A stretch of DNA of 64,000 nt from an uncultured Gemmatimonadota bacterium (GTDB lineage Bacteria; Gemmatimonadota; Gemmatimonadetes; Palauibacterales; Palauibacteraceae), in contig CAJWLK010000005.1 of the NCBI GenBank assembly GCA_913043255.1, positions 46,224 to 110,223 of the forward strand. The letters run 5' to 3'. The position numbers were made by a program, and so were the translations under genes. This document shows positions 37,280-49,380 of the stretch, one piece after another (position 1 is the first letter of the stretch; each line of letters begins with the position of its first letter). The notes under the pieces were generated by a model. That model had not been told where the DNA came from. It was given only the letters and a program-made list of their open reading frames with translations, and did no database searches.

Positions 37280-38964
37280 CAGGGAATTTTGGTCCGGAAC
37301 TCATCTCCACCGCTCTTAAGAAAGCCGCCTCCGCAGTTGGCGCATCCGAGGAATTCCATCCGGAGGTAACAAGGCCTCGAGATCCTGAACACGGGGATTG
37401 GGCATCAAATGCTGCCTTGGTTCTGTCTAAGACTCTTGGAATAGCACCGCGTGAATTGGCAGAGCGGCTCCAACACTTCATCGACCTCGATGAAGCTGGC
37501 ATAGCCGCCATAGAGGTAGCTGGTCCCGGATTTCTTAACTTTCGACTTGTCGATGCATCGATTTGGTCGCGAGTTGTAGAGGTTCTCGAAGCAAATGAGG
37601 ATTGGGGCCGCGTAGGTGGAAGTAGTGGTCAACGGGTGAATGTGGAGTTCGTCTCTGCCAACCCAACGGGTCCACTCCACGTGGCGCATGGTCGTGGAGC
37701 AGCCATAGGAGATGCTGTCGCTTCACTGCTGGAGCAAGTTGGTGATCAAGTGACCCGTGAATTCTATGTAAACGATGCGGGCCGACAAATTTTGCTTCTC
37801 GGAGAGTCGGTAGGTGCTCGTTTTGATGAACTCCAAGGGAGGCCATTTTCGATTCCTGAGGGAGGGTACCACGGGGATTATGTCGTAGATGTTGCACGTT
37901 CTATTAGTGAGGCAGTGGGTGAAAAGGTGCTCGATGCGCTCGACCCCAAGGATCGGCAGAAGGAGATTCAAGACTTAGCCGTTGAGATGCTCCTGGAGGA
38001 ACAACGTTGCGATCTGGAAGCGTTTGGTGTGCATATGGATGGATTCTTCTCCGAAAGTTCTCTCTATGAGTCCGGAGCCATCGATAATCTTCTGAAACTT
38101 TTGAAGGGTCGCGAATTGGTATACGAAGAGGAGGGAGCTACTTGGCTCCGAACATCGAATTTCGGAGACGAAAAGGACCGTGTCCTCATTAAGGGGGACG
38201 GTTCCTTCACCTACTTCCTCCCGGATTTGGCCTATCATCTGGATAAGGCAGAACGGAACTTTGATTTAGCAATTGATGTGTGGGGTGCAGACCACCAAGG
38301 GCACGAACAACGTATGAAAGCAGCGTTGGGAGCATTGGACAAGCCTGATCTTCTAGAAGTGCTGATAATTCAATTAGTTACGGTGATGCGTGGAGGGGAA
38401 GAAGCCCCCATGAGTAAACGTGCGGGATCTTTCGTGGCTCTACGGGATCTCTTGGATAAAACCGGACGAGATGTCGCTCGGTATTTCTTCTTGATGCGGA
38501 GAGCAGAAGTGCACCTCAACTTTGATCTTGACTTAGCTCTGGATACGTCAGAAACAAATCCAGTGTACAAGATTCAATATGCACACGCGCGGATGTGTAG
38601 CGCCTTTAAAAAAGGTGGAATAAACGAAGCAGAGGTCCCGATTGATTCTGAGGGCCTTGGTCTTCTTAGTACCGATGCGGAGCGTAAAGTTGTTCTGGCG
38701 GTCATGAAATTCCCTGAGGTTCTTGTGACCGCGGCGAAAATGCGAGCCCCTCACATCGTCTGTGCTTATTTAGAAGAAACGGCCAGTCTGGTAAATTCGT
38801 GGTACCATCAAGGGAATGTTGATCCGGCGCTCCGCATTTTAGTCGAGAGTCCCGAACGGACTGCTCGAATTAAACTGGCGCGGGCTGTCCAAATCACACT
38901 CCGAAATGGGCTTCATGTGTTGGGTTTGACTGCCCCACGAACCTTGTTCCGAGAGGGTACATGA
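37276..38964 (+). CDS. argS: arginine--tRNA ligase
   Basis: VEFVSANPTGPLHVAHGRGAAIGD (HIGH region), MSKRAGSFV (KMSKS-like), and the C-terminal DALR anticodon-binding style VQYAHARMCS. Confidence 0.95.
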   Translation: MTGNFGPELISTALKKAASAVGASEEFHPEVTRPRDPEHGDWASNAALVLSKTLGIAPRELAERLQHFIDLDEAGIAAIEVAGPGFLNFRLVDASIWSRVVEVLEANEDWGRVGGSSGQRVNVEFVSANPTGPLHVAHGRGAAIGDAVASLLEQVGDQVTREFYVNDAGRQILLLGESVGARFDELQGRPFSIPEGGYHGDYVVDVARSISEAVGEKVLDALDPKDRQKEIQDLAVEMLLEEQRCDLEAFGVHMDGFFSESSLYESGAIDNLLKLLKGRELVYEEEGATWLRTSNFGDEKDRVLIKGDGSFTYFLPDLAYHLDKAERNFDLAIDVWGADHQGHEQRMKAALGALDKPDLLEVLIIQLVTVMRGGEEAPMSKRAGSFVALRDLLDKTGRDVARYFFLMRRAEVHLNFDLDLALDTSETNPVYKIQYAHARMCSAFKKGGINEAEVPIDSEGLGLLSTDAERKVVLAVMKFPEVLVTAAKMRAPHIVCAYLEETASLVNSWYHQGNVDPALRILVESPERTARIKLARAVQITLRNGLHVLGLTAPRTLFREGT

Positions 38965-39902
38965 CTTCCTCTGAGTCTTCGATTTTGGTAGTCGGTACGG
39001 TTGCATTGGATGATATTCAGACTCCTTCGGGTCGTGCTGACGGGGTTGTAGGCGGTGCGGCGGTTCATTTCAGCGCGGCGGCATCACTATTTGCGCCAGT
39101 CCATCTAGTAGGAGTAATAGGGGATGAGTATCCAATAGAAGAGTTGGTTTTTTTACGTGACCGAGGAGTAGATCTCGCCGGACTTCAGAAAAAGAGCGGA
39201 AATAGTTTCCGCTGGGGTGGTACGTATCACGCTGATATGAACACTCGTGATACAAATCATACTGAGGTTGGTGTCTTTGCAGATTTTCAACCTGTACTAA
39301 GCGAAGAGGCTCGTTCTGCTCGTTGGGTGTTTCTCGCAAATGCAGATCCTACGCTCCAATCGTTCGTTCTCGATCAAATTGATGAGGCAGAACTCGTCGC
39401 ATGTGATACAATGAATTATTGGATTTCTGGCTCACTGGATCCATTAATGGATGTCATATCACGTATTGATATGATTACCCTCAATGACGAAGAGGCGCGA
39501 CAAATTTCAGGGGTTTCTAACCTGGTCGGAGCAGCCAAATGGATCCAAGAGCAAGGGCCACGGTATGTTCTCATTAAGAAGGGAGAGCATGGCGCCGCAT
39601 TTTTTTCGGGCGATGACATTTTTCTTGCGCCCGGGTATCCCTTGATGGAAGTGAAGGACCCGACCGGCGCAGGCGATGCGTTTGCCGGTGGAATGTTTGG
39701 CCAGATTGCACGCCTTGGGTCATTGGAACGCGAGGGAATTTGTTCGGCTGTCGTATATGGATGTGCCCTTGGTTCATTTACGTGCGAAGCATTTGGCCCA
39801 GGCCGTATGGTGAACTTGACACTTGAAGAAGTGGAAGAACGGGTCGAAGAGTTAGTCGATCTGACTCGGGTTAAGACCGCTTCACGCATGGGTGAGAGAT
39901 GA
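38961..39902 (+). CDS. PfkB-family carbohydrate/nucleoside kinase
   Basis: N-terminal ILVVGTVALDDI and C-terminal DPTGAGDAFAGG motif. It overlaps argS by 4 nt. Confidence 0.8.
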   Translation: MTSSESSILVVGTVALDDIQTPSGRADGVVGGAAVHFSAAASLFAPVHLVGVIGDEYPIEELVFLRDRGVDLAGLQKKSGNSFRWGGTYHADMNTRDTNHTEVGVFADFQPVLSEEARSARWVFLANADPTLQSFVLDQIDEAELVACDTMNYWISGSLDPLMDVISRIDMITLNDEEARQISGVSNLVGAAKWIQEQGPRYVLIKKGEHGAAFFSGDDIFLAPGYPLMEVKDPTGAGDAFAGGMFGQIARLGSLEREGICSAVVYGCALGSFTCEAFGPGRMVNLTLEEVEERVEELVDLTRVKTASRMGER

Positions 39903-40924
39903 ACAAAGGGTTTACGTACCGCGATGCTGGTGTCGATCTCGATGCTGCTCAAGAGACAAAGGGCGCACTATTTGAATTGGTACGGTCTACGAGGACAGAG
40001 TTCGTATCTTCCGATGTGGGGTCTTTCGGCGGCCGATTCCGATCAACAGAGGGACGAGAGTTGGTCGCGAGCGCGGATGGTGTGGGGACTAAGCTGAAGG
40101 TGGCATTCCTGGCGAACCGGCATGATACCGTTGGAACTGATCTCGTCAATCACTGCGTAAACGACATTCTTGTGGAAGGGGCTCGGCCTCTCATTTTTAT
40201 GGATTATGTGGCTTGCGGGACCTTGAATCCTGATGTCGTAACAGATGTGGTGTCTGGTCTTGCTCGGGCATGTCGTATGAATCAATGCGCCTTGCTCGGG
40301 GGCGAGACTGCAGAGATGCCAGATTTTTACGCGCCCGGAGAATACGATCTTGCTGGCTTTATCGTGGGCGAGGTAGCGTTTCCAGAAGTTGCTGCTCGCG
40401 ACTTATGCCCTGGTGACAAGATCATCGGAATCGGATCAAGTGGTATACACACAAATGGTTATAGTTTTGTACGGGAGCTTTTCTTTAATCGAATGGGTCT
40501 AAAAGTCACAGATCCCTTCCCTGGGTTAGATGCCACAGTGGGAGATGTCCTCCTCCGTACCCATCAGACCTATCTCCCGGTGCTGGAGTCGAGCCTCGAA
40601 GCTGGTTCAATCCGAGGGCTTGCACATGTAACGGGTGGTGGAATTCCGGGGAACTTAAATCGCATACTTGGAGAGACTACGGATGCAGTAGTCTACGCCG
40701 ACACTTGGGAATTGCCACACGAGTTTCAAGTCATTGCAGACGAAAGCGGCACAGAAGTGGAAGAGCTTTTTCGGGTCTTCAATATGGGGATTGGCATGAT
40801 GGCAATCGTCCATCCGCCGGACGTTGACAAGGTTATTTCTTCAGTCAAGAGTTCTGGCTGTACTGTGTTCGAGTGTGGAGAGTTGATTGAGGGAGAGGGG
40901 AACGTTCGACTGGAGGGCTTTTGA
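39899..40924 (+). CDS. purM: phosphoribosylformylglycinamidine cyclo-ligase (AIR synthetase)
   Basis: YRDAGVDLDAA, ADGVGTKLKVA, NDILVEGARPLIFMDY, GGETAEMP and GIHTNGYS. Confidence 0.95.
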   Translation: MNKGFTYRDAGVDLDAAQETKGALFELVRSTRTEFVSSDVGSFGGRFRSTEGRELVASADGVGTKLKVAFLANRHDTVGTDLVNHCVNDILVEGARPLIFMDYVACGTLNPDVVTDVVSGLARACRMNQCALLGGETAEMPDFYAPGEYDLAGFIVGEVAFPEVAARDLCPGDKIIGIGSSGIHTNGYSFVRELFFNRMGLKVTDPFPGLDATVGDVLLRTHQTYLPVLESSLEAGSIRGLAHVTGGGIPGNLNRILGETTDAVVYADTWELPHEFQVIADESGTEVEELFRVFNMGIGMMAIVHPPDVDKVISSVKSSGCTVFECGELIEGEGNVRLEGF

Positions 40925-42081
40925 GTTCGGATCGGTTCGACTTGATCGCAGGAGCTCTACCTGGCCGGACTGAAGATTCAAAGCATATGCGAGAGGCCTT
41001 GGCCTTGGCTCGCAGGGGGTGGGGACAAGTGTCGCCGAACCCTTTGGTTGGAGCGGTGGTTGCTCACGGAGATGTTGTTGTAGGGAGAGGTTGGCACTCG
41101 AGATTTGGCGATGATCACGCTGAGATCGTCGCCCTCAAGGAAGCGGGGAGTCAGGCGAGAGGATCCACTCTTTATTTGACTCTCGAGCCCTGCAACCATG
41201 ATGGAAAAACAGCACCGTGTACCGAAACTATCCTAAAAACAGGTGTTCGTCGCGTAGTGTTGGCGTGTCGTGATCCGAATCGAGAAGCGGGAGGAGGAGC
41301 TGAAGTCCTCCTCGAGAGAGGCATACAAGTGGAAGTGGGCTTGGAGGCACCGGAGGCACGTCGCTTAAACGCAGAATTCCTGTGGTTTCATTTGACGAAC
41401 ATTCCTTTCGCATCGCTTAAACTTGCGCTCTCTTTAGACGCGAAGCTCGGTGCCCCGAGTACTCGGACCCCCGTAACAGGTGAGCGTGCCCTTGAGGCGG
41501 CGCATCGGCTCCGCGCATCCCATGATGCCATCATTGTTGGACGGAATACAATTGAGACCGATGACCCGCTCCTCACTGCACGTGGCGACATCTCTCCGAG
41601 GCGGCCACCGGTTCGTATCATTCTTGATACCGAATTTCGAATGAAAGTGGATACGGAACTCATCCGCACAATCGAAGAGGCCCCTGTATGGGTGATAGGA
41701 GCCGATGATTTGGATAGACGTGAAGACCCTGCGAGAGAGCTTCGTGCTGTTGGGGTGAGAGTACTTGAGGTTCCACGTGGCCAAGATGGGTTATTGAGTA
41801 TGGATCACATTTGGAAGGAACTGACGTCTCGGCAGATCCTATCGGTCCTCATCGAAGGTGGAGGTAGGGTGGCATCATCAGTGATTCGAGCTGGACTTGT
41901 CCAGAGAATGTATGCCTTTGTCGCACCGGTATTCTTTGGTGAAAGTGGAGTGCCTGCGTTTCCTGATGTGCCACCATCTAAAATGGAAGATTGGCAACCG
42001 GTTGAGCGAAATCCCTTGGGTCCAGATACACGAATTGTGCTAGATCATCGCAGCCTTCATGAAACCTTACTCCAGGTCTAG
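40921..42081 (+). CDS. ribD: bifunctional riboflavin biosynthesis deaminase/reductase
   Basis: Deaminase zinc motifs (HAEIVAL; LEPCNHDGKTAPC) followed by a reductase domain (DAIIVGRNTIETDDPLLT; IEGGGRVASS). Confidence 0.9.
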   Translation: MSSDRFDLIAGALPGRTEDSKHMREALALARRGWGQVSPNPLVGAVVAHGDVVVGRGWHSRFGDDHAEIVALKEAGSQARGSTLYLTLEPCNHDGKTAPCTETILKTGVRRVVLACRDPNREAGGGAEVLLERGIQVEVGLEAPEARRLNAEFLWFHLTNIPFASLKLALSLDAKLGAPSTRTPVTGERALEAAHRLRASHDAIIVGRNTIETDDPLLTARGDISPRRPPVRIILDTEFRMKVDTELIRTIEEAPVWVIGADDLDRREDPARELRAVGVRVLEVPRGQDGLLSMDHIWKELTSRQILSVLIEGGGRVASSVIRAGLVQRMYAFVAPVFFGESGVPAFPDVPPSKMEDWQPVERNPLGPDTRIVLDHRSLHETLLQV

Positions 42082-42088
42082 GTAGGCC

Positions 42089-42694
42089 ATGTTTACGGGA
42101 ATTGTTCAGGTTGTCGGCGATGTTCGAGCGCGAGAAGAGACCTCCGATGGTGTTCGTCTTAAGATCAAGGGTGAAGCAATTGTCCCTGTCTTGAGCTTGG
42201 GTGATTCTGTAGCGGTTTCAGGTGTTTGCCTTACCGTAGAGGAAGTGGATGACGAATCCTTTTGGGTGCAAGCCACAAAGGCTACCATCGCTTGCACTCA
42301 GATAGGAGCCTGGAGCAGGGGAGATCCTGTCAATTTAGAAGTAGCCCTTCGTGCAGGTGATGCTTTAGGGGGACATCTCGTTCAGGGGCACGTCGATGGA
42401 GTTGCTGAGGTACTAGCTGTCGAACAAAATGCCAAATCTGGGATGCTGGAAGTGAGACTGCCTGATAAAGTTGCGAGTGTCACCGTCTCACAAGGATCCT
42501 TGGCTATTGACGGCGTCAGTTTGACAGTGAATAGCCTTGAGGGGACAGTCGCGCGATTTGCGGTTATCCCTTATACATGGTCCCACACTACACTGGGCGG
42601 GCTGAGGGCAGGAAGCCGCGTTCATGTCGAGGCTGATATTATTGCGAAGTATGTTGGCCAAGCCGTGGCTCCTTATCTTGCCCCTGACGGATGA
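42089..42694 (+). CDS. ribE: riboflavin synthase
   Basis: MFTGIVQ..., internal duplication with [11 protein letters not shown] / [11 protein letters not shown], and [11 protein letters not shown]. Confidence 0.9.
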   Translation: MFTGIVQVVGDVRAREETSDGVRLKIKGEAIVPVLSLGDSVAVSGVCLTVEEVDDESFWVQATKATIACTQIGAWSRGDPVNLEVALRAGDALGGHLVQGHVDGVAEVLAVEQNAKSGMLEVRLPDKVASVTVSQGSLAIDGVSLTVNSLEGTVARFAVIPYTWSHTTLGGLRAGSRVHVEADIIAKYVGQAVAPYLAPDG

Positions 42695-42743
42695 TAGAGA
42701 TGGTCTCTTCTTTACAGTCAATGAAACAGGACAATGTTTAATA

Positions 42744-43967
42744 ATGAGTGATTTCCAGTACGACCCAATCGAAGTCGCCATTGAGCGGATAAAGGAGGGT
42801 GGCCTTGTCATTGTTGCCGATGACGAGGATAGAGAGAACGAAGGTGACTTGGTGTGTGCGGCCAACCTGGTTACGCCGGAAACGATCAACTTTATGTGCA
42901 CACATGCCCGAGGTTTGATTTGTCTCACTCTCTCGGAAGAGATCGCTGACCGTTTGGATTTGCCTCTAATGACGAATGGTAAGCTTTCTGATCCTAACGA
43001 AACGGCGTTTACGGTTTCAATCGATGCCCGTGCTGAATTTGGGGTGTCAACAGGGATCTCGGCTCCTGATCGTGCGCGAACAATCCAGCTTGCCGTTGAC
43101 CCGACAACGAAACCAATGGATTTCATGAGGCCGGGACATATCTTCCCGTTGCGAGCCAAACCTGGCGGCGTATTGCAACGGGTTGGTCAAACAGAGGCCT
43201 CCGTGGACTTAGCTCGATTAGCTGGGCTTAGTCCTGCCGGAGTGATCTGCGAAATCCTTAGGGAAGATGGGACTATGGCACGACGTCCCGACCTTGAGGT
43301 GTTCTCAAAAGAACACGACATCCCTTTTGTCACTGTAGCCCAACTCGTCTCGTATAGGTTACGAACAGAGAGTCTGGTCGAGCGGGTGGCAGAAGCTGAT
43401 TTACCAACTCCTTGGGGTGACTTTCGTATTATCGGGTACAGGAACGATGTAGATCGTCGAGAGCATGTCGCATTGGTTTGCGGCGACGTAGCAAATAAAA
43501 AAAATGTACTTGTCCGTGTTCATTCCAAATGTTTGACGGGTGACGTGTTCCATTCACATCGGTGTGATTGTGGTAGTCAACTCGATTCTGCGATGAGGCA
43601 GGTAGTGGAGGCTGGCGAGGGTGTTGTCGTCTATCTCGACCAGGAAGGGCGGGGCATTGGCCTGCTTAATAAGCTCCGAGCTTATGCGCTTCAGGACCAA
43701 GGGCACGACACGGTGGAGGCTAACGAGGCTCTTGGATTCCCACCTGATCTTCGAAACTATGGGATCGGAGCTCAGATACTTGTGGATCTAGGGCTTCACT
43801 CGATTCGCATACTTACGAACAATCCGAAGAAGCTCGCAGGTCTCGAAGGGTTTGGCCTTGAGATTAAGGAACGGGTGCCGCTCAATATGGCTGAAGATAA
43901 CGAACGCTTGCGCCCTTATCTTGATGCCAAGCGCGAGAAACTGGGCCACATGATCGAGTCGGCTTGA
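42744..43967 (+). CDS. ribBA: bifunctional 3,4-dihydroxy-2-butanone-4-phosphate synthase / GTP cyclohydrolase II
   Basis: [20 protein letters not shown], and a GCH-II half with [25 protein letters not shown] prefer ATG 42744 (MSDFQYD...), because the track's 42624 start lies inside ribE. Confidence 0.93.
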   Translation: MSDFQYDPIEVAIERIKEGGLVIVADDEDRENEGDLVCAANLVTPETINFMCTHARGLICLTLSEEIADRLDLPLMTNGKLSDPNETAFTVSIDARAEFGVSTGISAPDRARTIQLAVDPTTKPMDFMRPGHIFPLRAKPGGVLQRVGQTEASVDLARLAGLSPAGVICEILREDGTMARRPDLEVFSKEHDIPFVTVAQLVSYRLRTESLVERVAEADLPTPWGDFRIIGYRNDVDRREHVALVCGDVANKKNVLVRVHSKCLTGDVFHSHRCDCGSQLDSAMRQVVEAGEGVVVYLDQEGRGIGLLNKLRAYALQDQGHDTVEANEALGFPPDLRNYGIGAQILVDLGLHSIRILTNNPKKLAGLEGFGLEIKERVPLNMAEDNERLRPYLDAKREKLGHMIESA

Positions 43968-44025
43968 GACGGCTCTCGCTGCCTATTACTACAGAGGCGG
44001 CGGACACTTTCCGATATGTGAAACG

Positions 44026-44487
44026 ATGACCGAGCATAGAGGCGACGCGTCTGAAAGACAGATTGTCGGGGTCGTTGTCAGCAGATTCAACGTCATCGTC
44101 ACGGACAAGCTGCTTGAAGGGGCACGTCAGACCTTATTGGAGAACGGTGTCGCCGAGGAAGATCTCCGAGTTGTGTTCGTGCCTGGCGCCTGGGAACTAC
44201 CTTTGGCGGCGCGTCAGTTGTGCGTGCGCCGTCTTTGCACCGCGATTGTTGCTTTGGGTTGTGTCATTCGGGGAGAAACTGCGCACTTCGATATGGTTAG
44301 CCGGAATGCCATAGACGGACTGGCTCGAGTCCAAGATGAGTTTGGGATCCCGATTGGTCTCGGTGTGTTAACTCCAGACAACATGGAGCAAGCCATGGCC
44401 CGCGCAGGAGGTAGTGTTGGTCACGCCGGGGTCCAGGCGGCCGAAGCAGCGTTGGAAATGGCAAATCTTCTTGGCTCCCAGCTATAA
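44026..44487 (+). CDS. ribH: 6,7-dimethyl-8-ribityllumazine synthase
   Basis: VGVVVSRFNVIVTDKLLEGA...VPGAWELPLAA...ALGCVIRGETAHFDMV. Confidence 0.95.
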   Translation: MTEHRGDASERQIVGVVVSRFNVIVTDKLLEGARQTLLENGVAEEDLRVVFVPGAWELPLAARQLCVRRLCTAIVALGCVIRGETAHFDMVSRNAIDGLARVQDEFGIPIGLGVLTPDNMEQAMARAGGSVGHAGVQAAEAALEMANLLGSQL

Positions 44488-44504
44488 AACCCGCTGAAAT
44501 TTAG

Positions 44505-44927
44505 GTGCCTCACGTTCATTCGCGGTCACGTAGTTGGACGCTCCACCTGCTTTATGGGTGGGAGCTTGCTGGGTCCGGTGAACCGTTAGAGTACGCGCGA
44601 GAGGTCTTACAACACCGTCGAATAAAGGAGCGTTATCGTCCACACACGAATCGTCTCCTTAAGACGGTTGGGGGCAACCTCGACCGCATCGACCGGTTGA
44701 TTGCCCAACATGCTTCTCACTGGAGAATTGAACGACTGGATGCGATCGATCGAAATATCCTGCGCATCGGCATTGCGGAATTGCACTGGTTCGAGGATGT
44801 GCCAGCAAAAGTGGCTATTCATGAAGCGGTGAAGTTGGCGGGAATGTATGGAGGGAAAGATAGCCCCCGATTCGTGAACGGCGTACTTGATGCTGTTTTC
44901 AAAGAGACGGAAGAATCACGCCCGTGA
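44505..44927 (+). CDS. nusB: transcription antitermination factor NusB
   Basis: 140 aa. It sits in the classic ribH-nusB position and has RILRIGIAEL...VPAKVAIHEAVKLAGMYGGKDSPRFVNGVLD. Confidence 0.85.
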   Translation: MPHVHSRSRSWTLHLLYGWELAGSGEPLEYAREVLQHRRIKERYRPHTNRLLKTVGGNLDRIDRLIAQHASHWRIERLDAIDRNILRIGIAELHWFEDVPAKVAIHEAVKLAGMYGGKDSPRFVNGVLDAVFKETEESRP

Positions 44928-46072
44928 ATCCTGCTGTTCCACTCGACCGTCCGCTGCGAATCTTATTGCTCAATTGGCAAGATGTTGAGAACCCCGAGGC
45001 AGGGGGGGCTGAAATCCACGCGCATGAAATCTTTGGCCGTCTTGCGGAGCGTGGACATGAAGTGCGTGCAATTGTCAGCGGGTGGACTGGGGCGCCAAGG
45101 TCTGCTTTGATTGACAATATTGCGTTTTTGCGAGTGGGAGGGAGATACAGTTACGCTTATCGAGCGCCAGTCGCGGCTCAACGGTTGCTCCGTCAGTGGC
45201 AGGCAGATGTGATCGTAGAAGACATTAATAAGGTGCCTTTGTTTACACCTTGTTGGACGCGTTACCCGGTTGTTCCACTTGTCCCCCATTTGTTTGGTAC
45301 GACGGTATTTCGTGAAACAAATTTAGCAATGGGCTCAATCGTATGGACGAGTGAACGGATGATTCCTAGGGTTTACCGCAACTGTTTGTTCCAGGCGATA
45401 TCAAGAAGTACTGCTACTGACCTCAATGAACGAGGTGTGCCCGGAGAGGCGGTGAGCGTTATTCCGCCCGGCATTGATCACGAATACTATTGCCCAGATC
45501 AGGAGACCCAGCGAGCCAATGTCCCCACGATACTCTATGTCGGTCGTCTAAAACGTTACAAAGGTATTGATGTCCTGATCAAAGCCTTGGCAAAACTCCG
45601 CGATAGGCAGGTGGATGCACAGTTGGTAATTGCTGGACGAGGCAATGACCGATATAGACTGGAAGGGCTTACAAAATCACTTGATCTCCAAGATCGCGTG
45701 GATTTTGTCGGCTATATAGATGAAGTGGAGAAACTGCATCGACTAAGGAGTGCCTGGGTATTGGCATACCCGTCACCAAAGGAAGGGTGGGGGATCACAG
45801 TAGTGGAGGCTTCGGCCTGTGGAACTCCTGTGATTGCGAGTGATTCACCTGGTTTACGCGAATCTGTTCGAGCTGGAGAGTCGGGTTTGCTCGTTCCACA
45901 CGGAATCGTCGAACTCTGGGTGCAAGCCTTCGAAAAAGTGCTCAGTGACCCAGATTTACGTGGACGAATGGGAACGGAAGGGCAATCTCATGTGAGTCAG
46001 TTCTCTTGGGAACGCGCAGCGGATGAGACCGAAGCACACCTCAAGGGGGCGGTGCGTGATGCGTTTAATTGA
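44924..46072 (+). CDS. family 4 (GT-B, group 1) glycosyltransferase
   Basis: GGAEIHAHEI N-terminal domain. C-terminal ...YPSPKEGWGITVVEASACGTPVIASDSPGLRESV is the E-x7-E region. It overlaps nusB by 4 nt. Confidence 0.8.
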   Translation: MNPAVPLDRPLRILLLNWQDVENPEAGGAEIHAHEIFGRLAERGHEVRAIVSGWTGAPRSALIDNIAFLRVGGRYSYAYRAPVAAQRLLRQWQADVIVEDINKVPLFTPCWTRYPVVPLVPHLFGTTVFRETNLAMGSIVWTSERMIPRVYRNCLFQAISRSTATDLNERGVPGEAVSVIPPGIDHEYYCPDQETQRANVPTILYVGRLKRYKGIDVLIKALAKLRDRQVDAQLVIAGRGNDRYRLEGLTKSLDLQDRVDFVGYIDEVEKLHRLRSAWVLAYPSPKEGWGITVVEASACGTPVIASDSPGLRESVRAGESGLLVPHGIVELWVQAFEKVLSDPDLRGRMGTEGQSHVSQFSWERAADETEAHLKGAVRDAFN

Positions 46073-46208
46073 CGAGTGCCATTCTGAAGTTGGCGGTTCA
46101 CATTTCTCCTTACCCAGATTGCTTCTTGGTAGGTTAGCTGCGAGTATTCGCGGCCAATAAAATCAGTGTTGGATCAATTGAGTACGAATTCGTAATGAGG
46201 ATGACGTT

Positions 46209-47354
46209 TTGAAGAACGGGATACAGGCTTTTTCCTCCGAATCGGTTACCGAAGGTCACCCGGATAAAATCGCGGACCAGATCTCTGATGGAGTCCTCGA
46301 TGCAATTCTGTCGGAGGACAAGGACGGACGTGTGGCGTGTGAGACGTTGGTGACTACGGGTTTAGTCATGGTAGCCGGCGAGATTACTACATCGACTTAT
46401 GTGGACATCCCGGAAATTGCACGAAACGTCCTTAAAGACATCGGATATATCAGTGCGGCACATGGGATCGCGTGGGATCGTTGTGCGGTGCTTACCGCTA
46501 TTGACCGACAGTCCGCAGATATTGCGATGGGTGTGGATACTGGAGGAGCGGGAGACCAAGGGATGATGTTTGGGTATGCCACGGACGAGACGGAATCAAA
46601 GATGCCGCTTCCAATCACACTTGCTCATAATCTCACACGCCGCCTCTCTGAGGTGCGAAAGGCAGGAGAGATTGATTGGTTGAGACCGGATGGTAAGGCA
46701 CAGGTTAGTGTCGAATATCAAGAAGGTCGTCCAGTTTGTGTAACAACAGTTGTGGTCGCCGCCCAGCACGATCCGGAACCAACGAATGATGAAATTCGGC
46801 AAAGGGTAATTGAAGAGGTTATTACTCCAATTTTACCGGAGTCGCTCTATGACCCGGGCGAAATTACGTACCATGTAAACCCGACGGGAAGGTTCGAGAT
46901 AGGGGGGCCACAGGGCGATGCCGGTGTCACTGGACGTAAGATCATTGTGGACACCTACGGAGGCGTTGGCCGGCATGGTGGCGGTGCTTTTTCAGGGAAA
47001 GATCCATCAAAAGTAGATCGGTCCGCGACATATGCAGCACGCTGGATTGCAAAGAACGTAGTGGCAGCCGGTCTTGCAGGTCGGGTAGAGGTGCAAATTG
47101 CCTATGCGATCGGAGTGGCGGAGCCTGTGAGCGTTATGGTCAACACATTTGGTACGGGGACCATAGCAGACGAACTTCTAGCAGAACGCGTAAGAGAGGT
47201 TTTCGACCTTCGTCCAGCGGCAATCATTGAAGCCCTTGGGCTTCGTAGCCCTATCTATCTTCCGACGGCGAGCTACGGCCATTTTGGACGAGAGCCGGTC
47301 GATGGCACTTTTTCATGGGAATTAACAGACCGGGCCGAAGCTTTGGCCGGTTGA
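46209..47354 (+). CDS. metK: S-adenosylmethionine synthase
   Basis: [49 protein letters not shown] start as in the track. Confidence 0.95.
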   Translation: MKNGIQAFSSESVTEGHPDKIADQISDGVLDAILSEDKDGRVACETLVTTGLVMVAGEITTSTYVDIPEIARNVLKDIGYISAAHGIAWDRCAVLTAIDRQSADIAMGVDTGGAGDQGMMFGYATDETESKMPLPITLAHNLTRRLSEVRKAGEIDWLRPDGKAQVSVEYQEGRPVCVTTVVVAAQHDPEPTNDEIRQRVIEEVITPILPESLYDPGEITYHVNPTGRFEIGGPQGDAGVTGRKIIVDTYGGVGRHGGGAFSGKDPSKVDRSATYAARWIAKNVVAAGLAGRVEVQIAYAIGVAEPVSVMVNTFGTGTIADELLAERVREVFDLRPAAIIEALGLRSPIYLPTASYGHFGREPVDGTFSWELTDRAEALAG

Positions 47355-47377
47355 ACACTAAATAGGAACTGGATTAA

Positions 47378-48727
<1,350 letters not shown>

Positions 48728-48756
48728 CCGTGTTTTCGCAGTAAGGGTTAGGGACA

Positions 48757-49305
48757 GTGGAGCAGGAAATGCAAGAGCTTAGGGTCACTAGCCTTGGCGT
48801 GGACAAGACGGCGGGAACTCCGGTTGTCATACTGAAGGAAAAAGACGGAGAACGCCTCCTCCCAATTTGGATCGGTCCTGGTGAAGCTTCGGCCATTGCG
48901 ATGGAAATGGCTGGAATCCATTTGGCGCGCCCCCTGACGCACGATCTATTCTCGGCGGTGGTTCATGCTCTAGGGGCTGAGCTCGTACGGGTTCTCATTA
49001 CTAAGGTTGTCGATAACACTTACTTCGCGTCATTGGTATTTCATCGCGATGGCGAATATGTATCGATTGATTCCAGGCCAAGTGATGGGGTGGCATTGGC
49101 TTTGCGGGCGAAGGCTCCAATCTATGCAGATGAGACTTTGCTTGAGATGTCATCTATCGAGGTAGAAGAGGCGAGTTTTGATGGTGAAGCCATGCCTTCT
49201 TCCTTAGTCGATGATGCTTTGGCTGAAGCCAAGACACTGGAAGAACCACTCCGCGATTATTTGAAGAACCTTCGGCCCGAGGACTTTGGGAGATTTGAAC
49301 CCTAA
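48757..49305 (+). CDS. bifunctional nuclease family (DUF151/BFN-type) protein
   Basis: PVVILKEKDGERLLPIWIGPGEASAIAMEMAGIHLARPLTHDL is the BFN core. The start may be GTG 48757 or ATG 48769. Confidence 0.75.
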   Translation: MEQEMQELRVTSLGVDKTAGTPVVILKEKDGERLLPIWIGPGEASAIAMEMAGIHLARPLTHDLFSAVVHALGAELVRVLITKVVDNTYFASLVFHRDGEYVSIDSRPSDGVALALRAKAPIYADETLLEMSSIEVEEASFDGEAMPSSLVDDALAEAKTLEEPLRDYLKNLRPEDFGRFEP

Positions 49306-49380
49306 GGACGTCTAAGGTTGGTTCTTCGCCTTGCGGTTCCTTGCTAGACGGACACAGGTTAGATCGCGTTACAAAAAGTC

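Noticed and set aside
42488-43159. Long antisense ORFs opposite confident genes. Examples are 42488..43159 (223 aa), 4812..5423 (203 aa), 31730..32335 (201 aa), 27202..27774 (190 aa), 39416..39952 (178 aa) and 4075..4587 (170 aa).
   Set aside because: They lie entirely within, or opposite, genes with strong family signatures. Their composition is low-complexity and Ser/Arg/Pro-rich, and they have no motifs. They are typical shadow ORFs.
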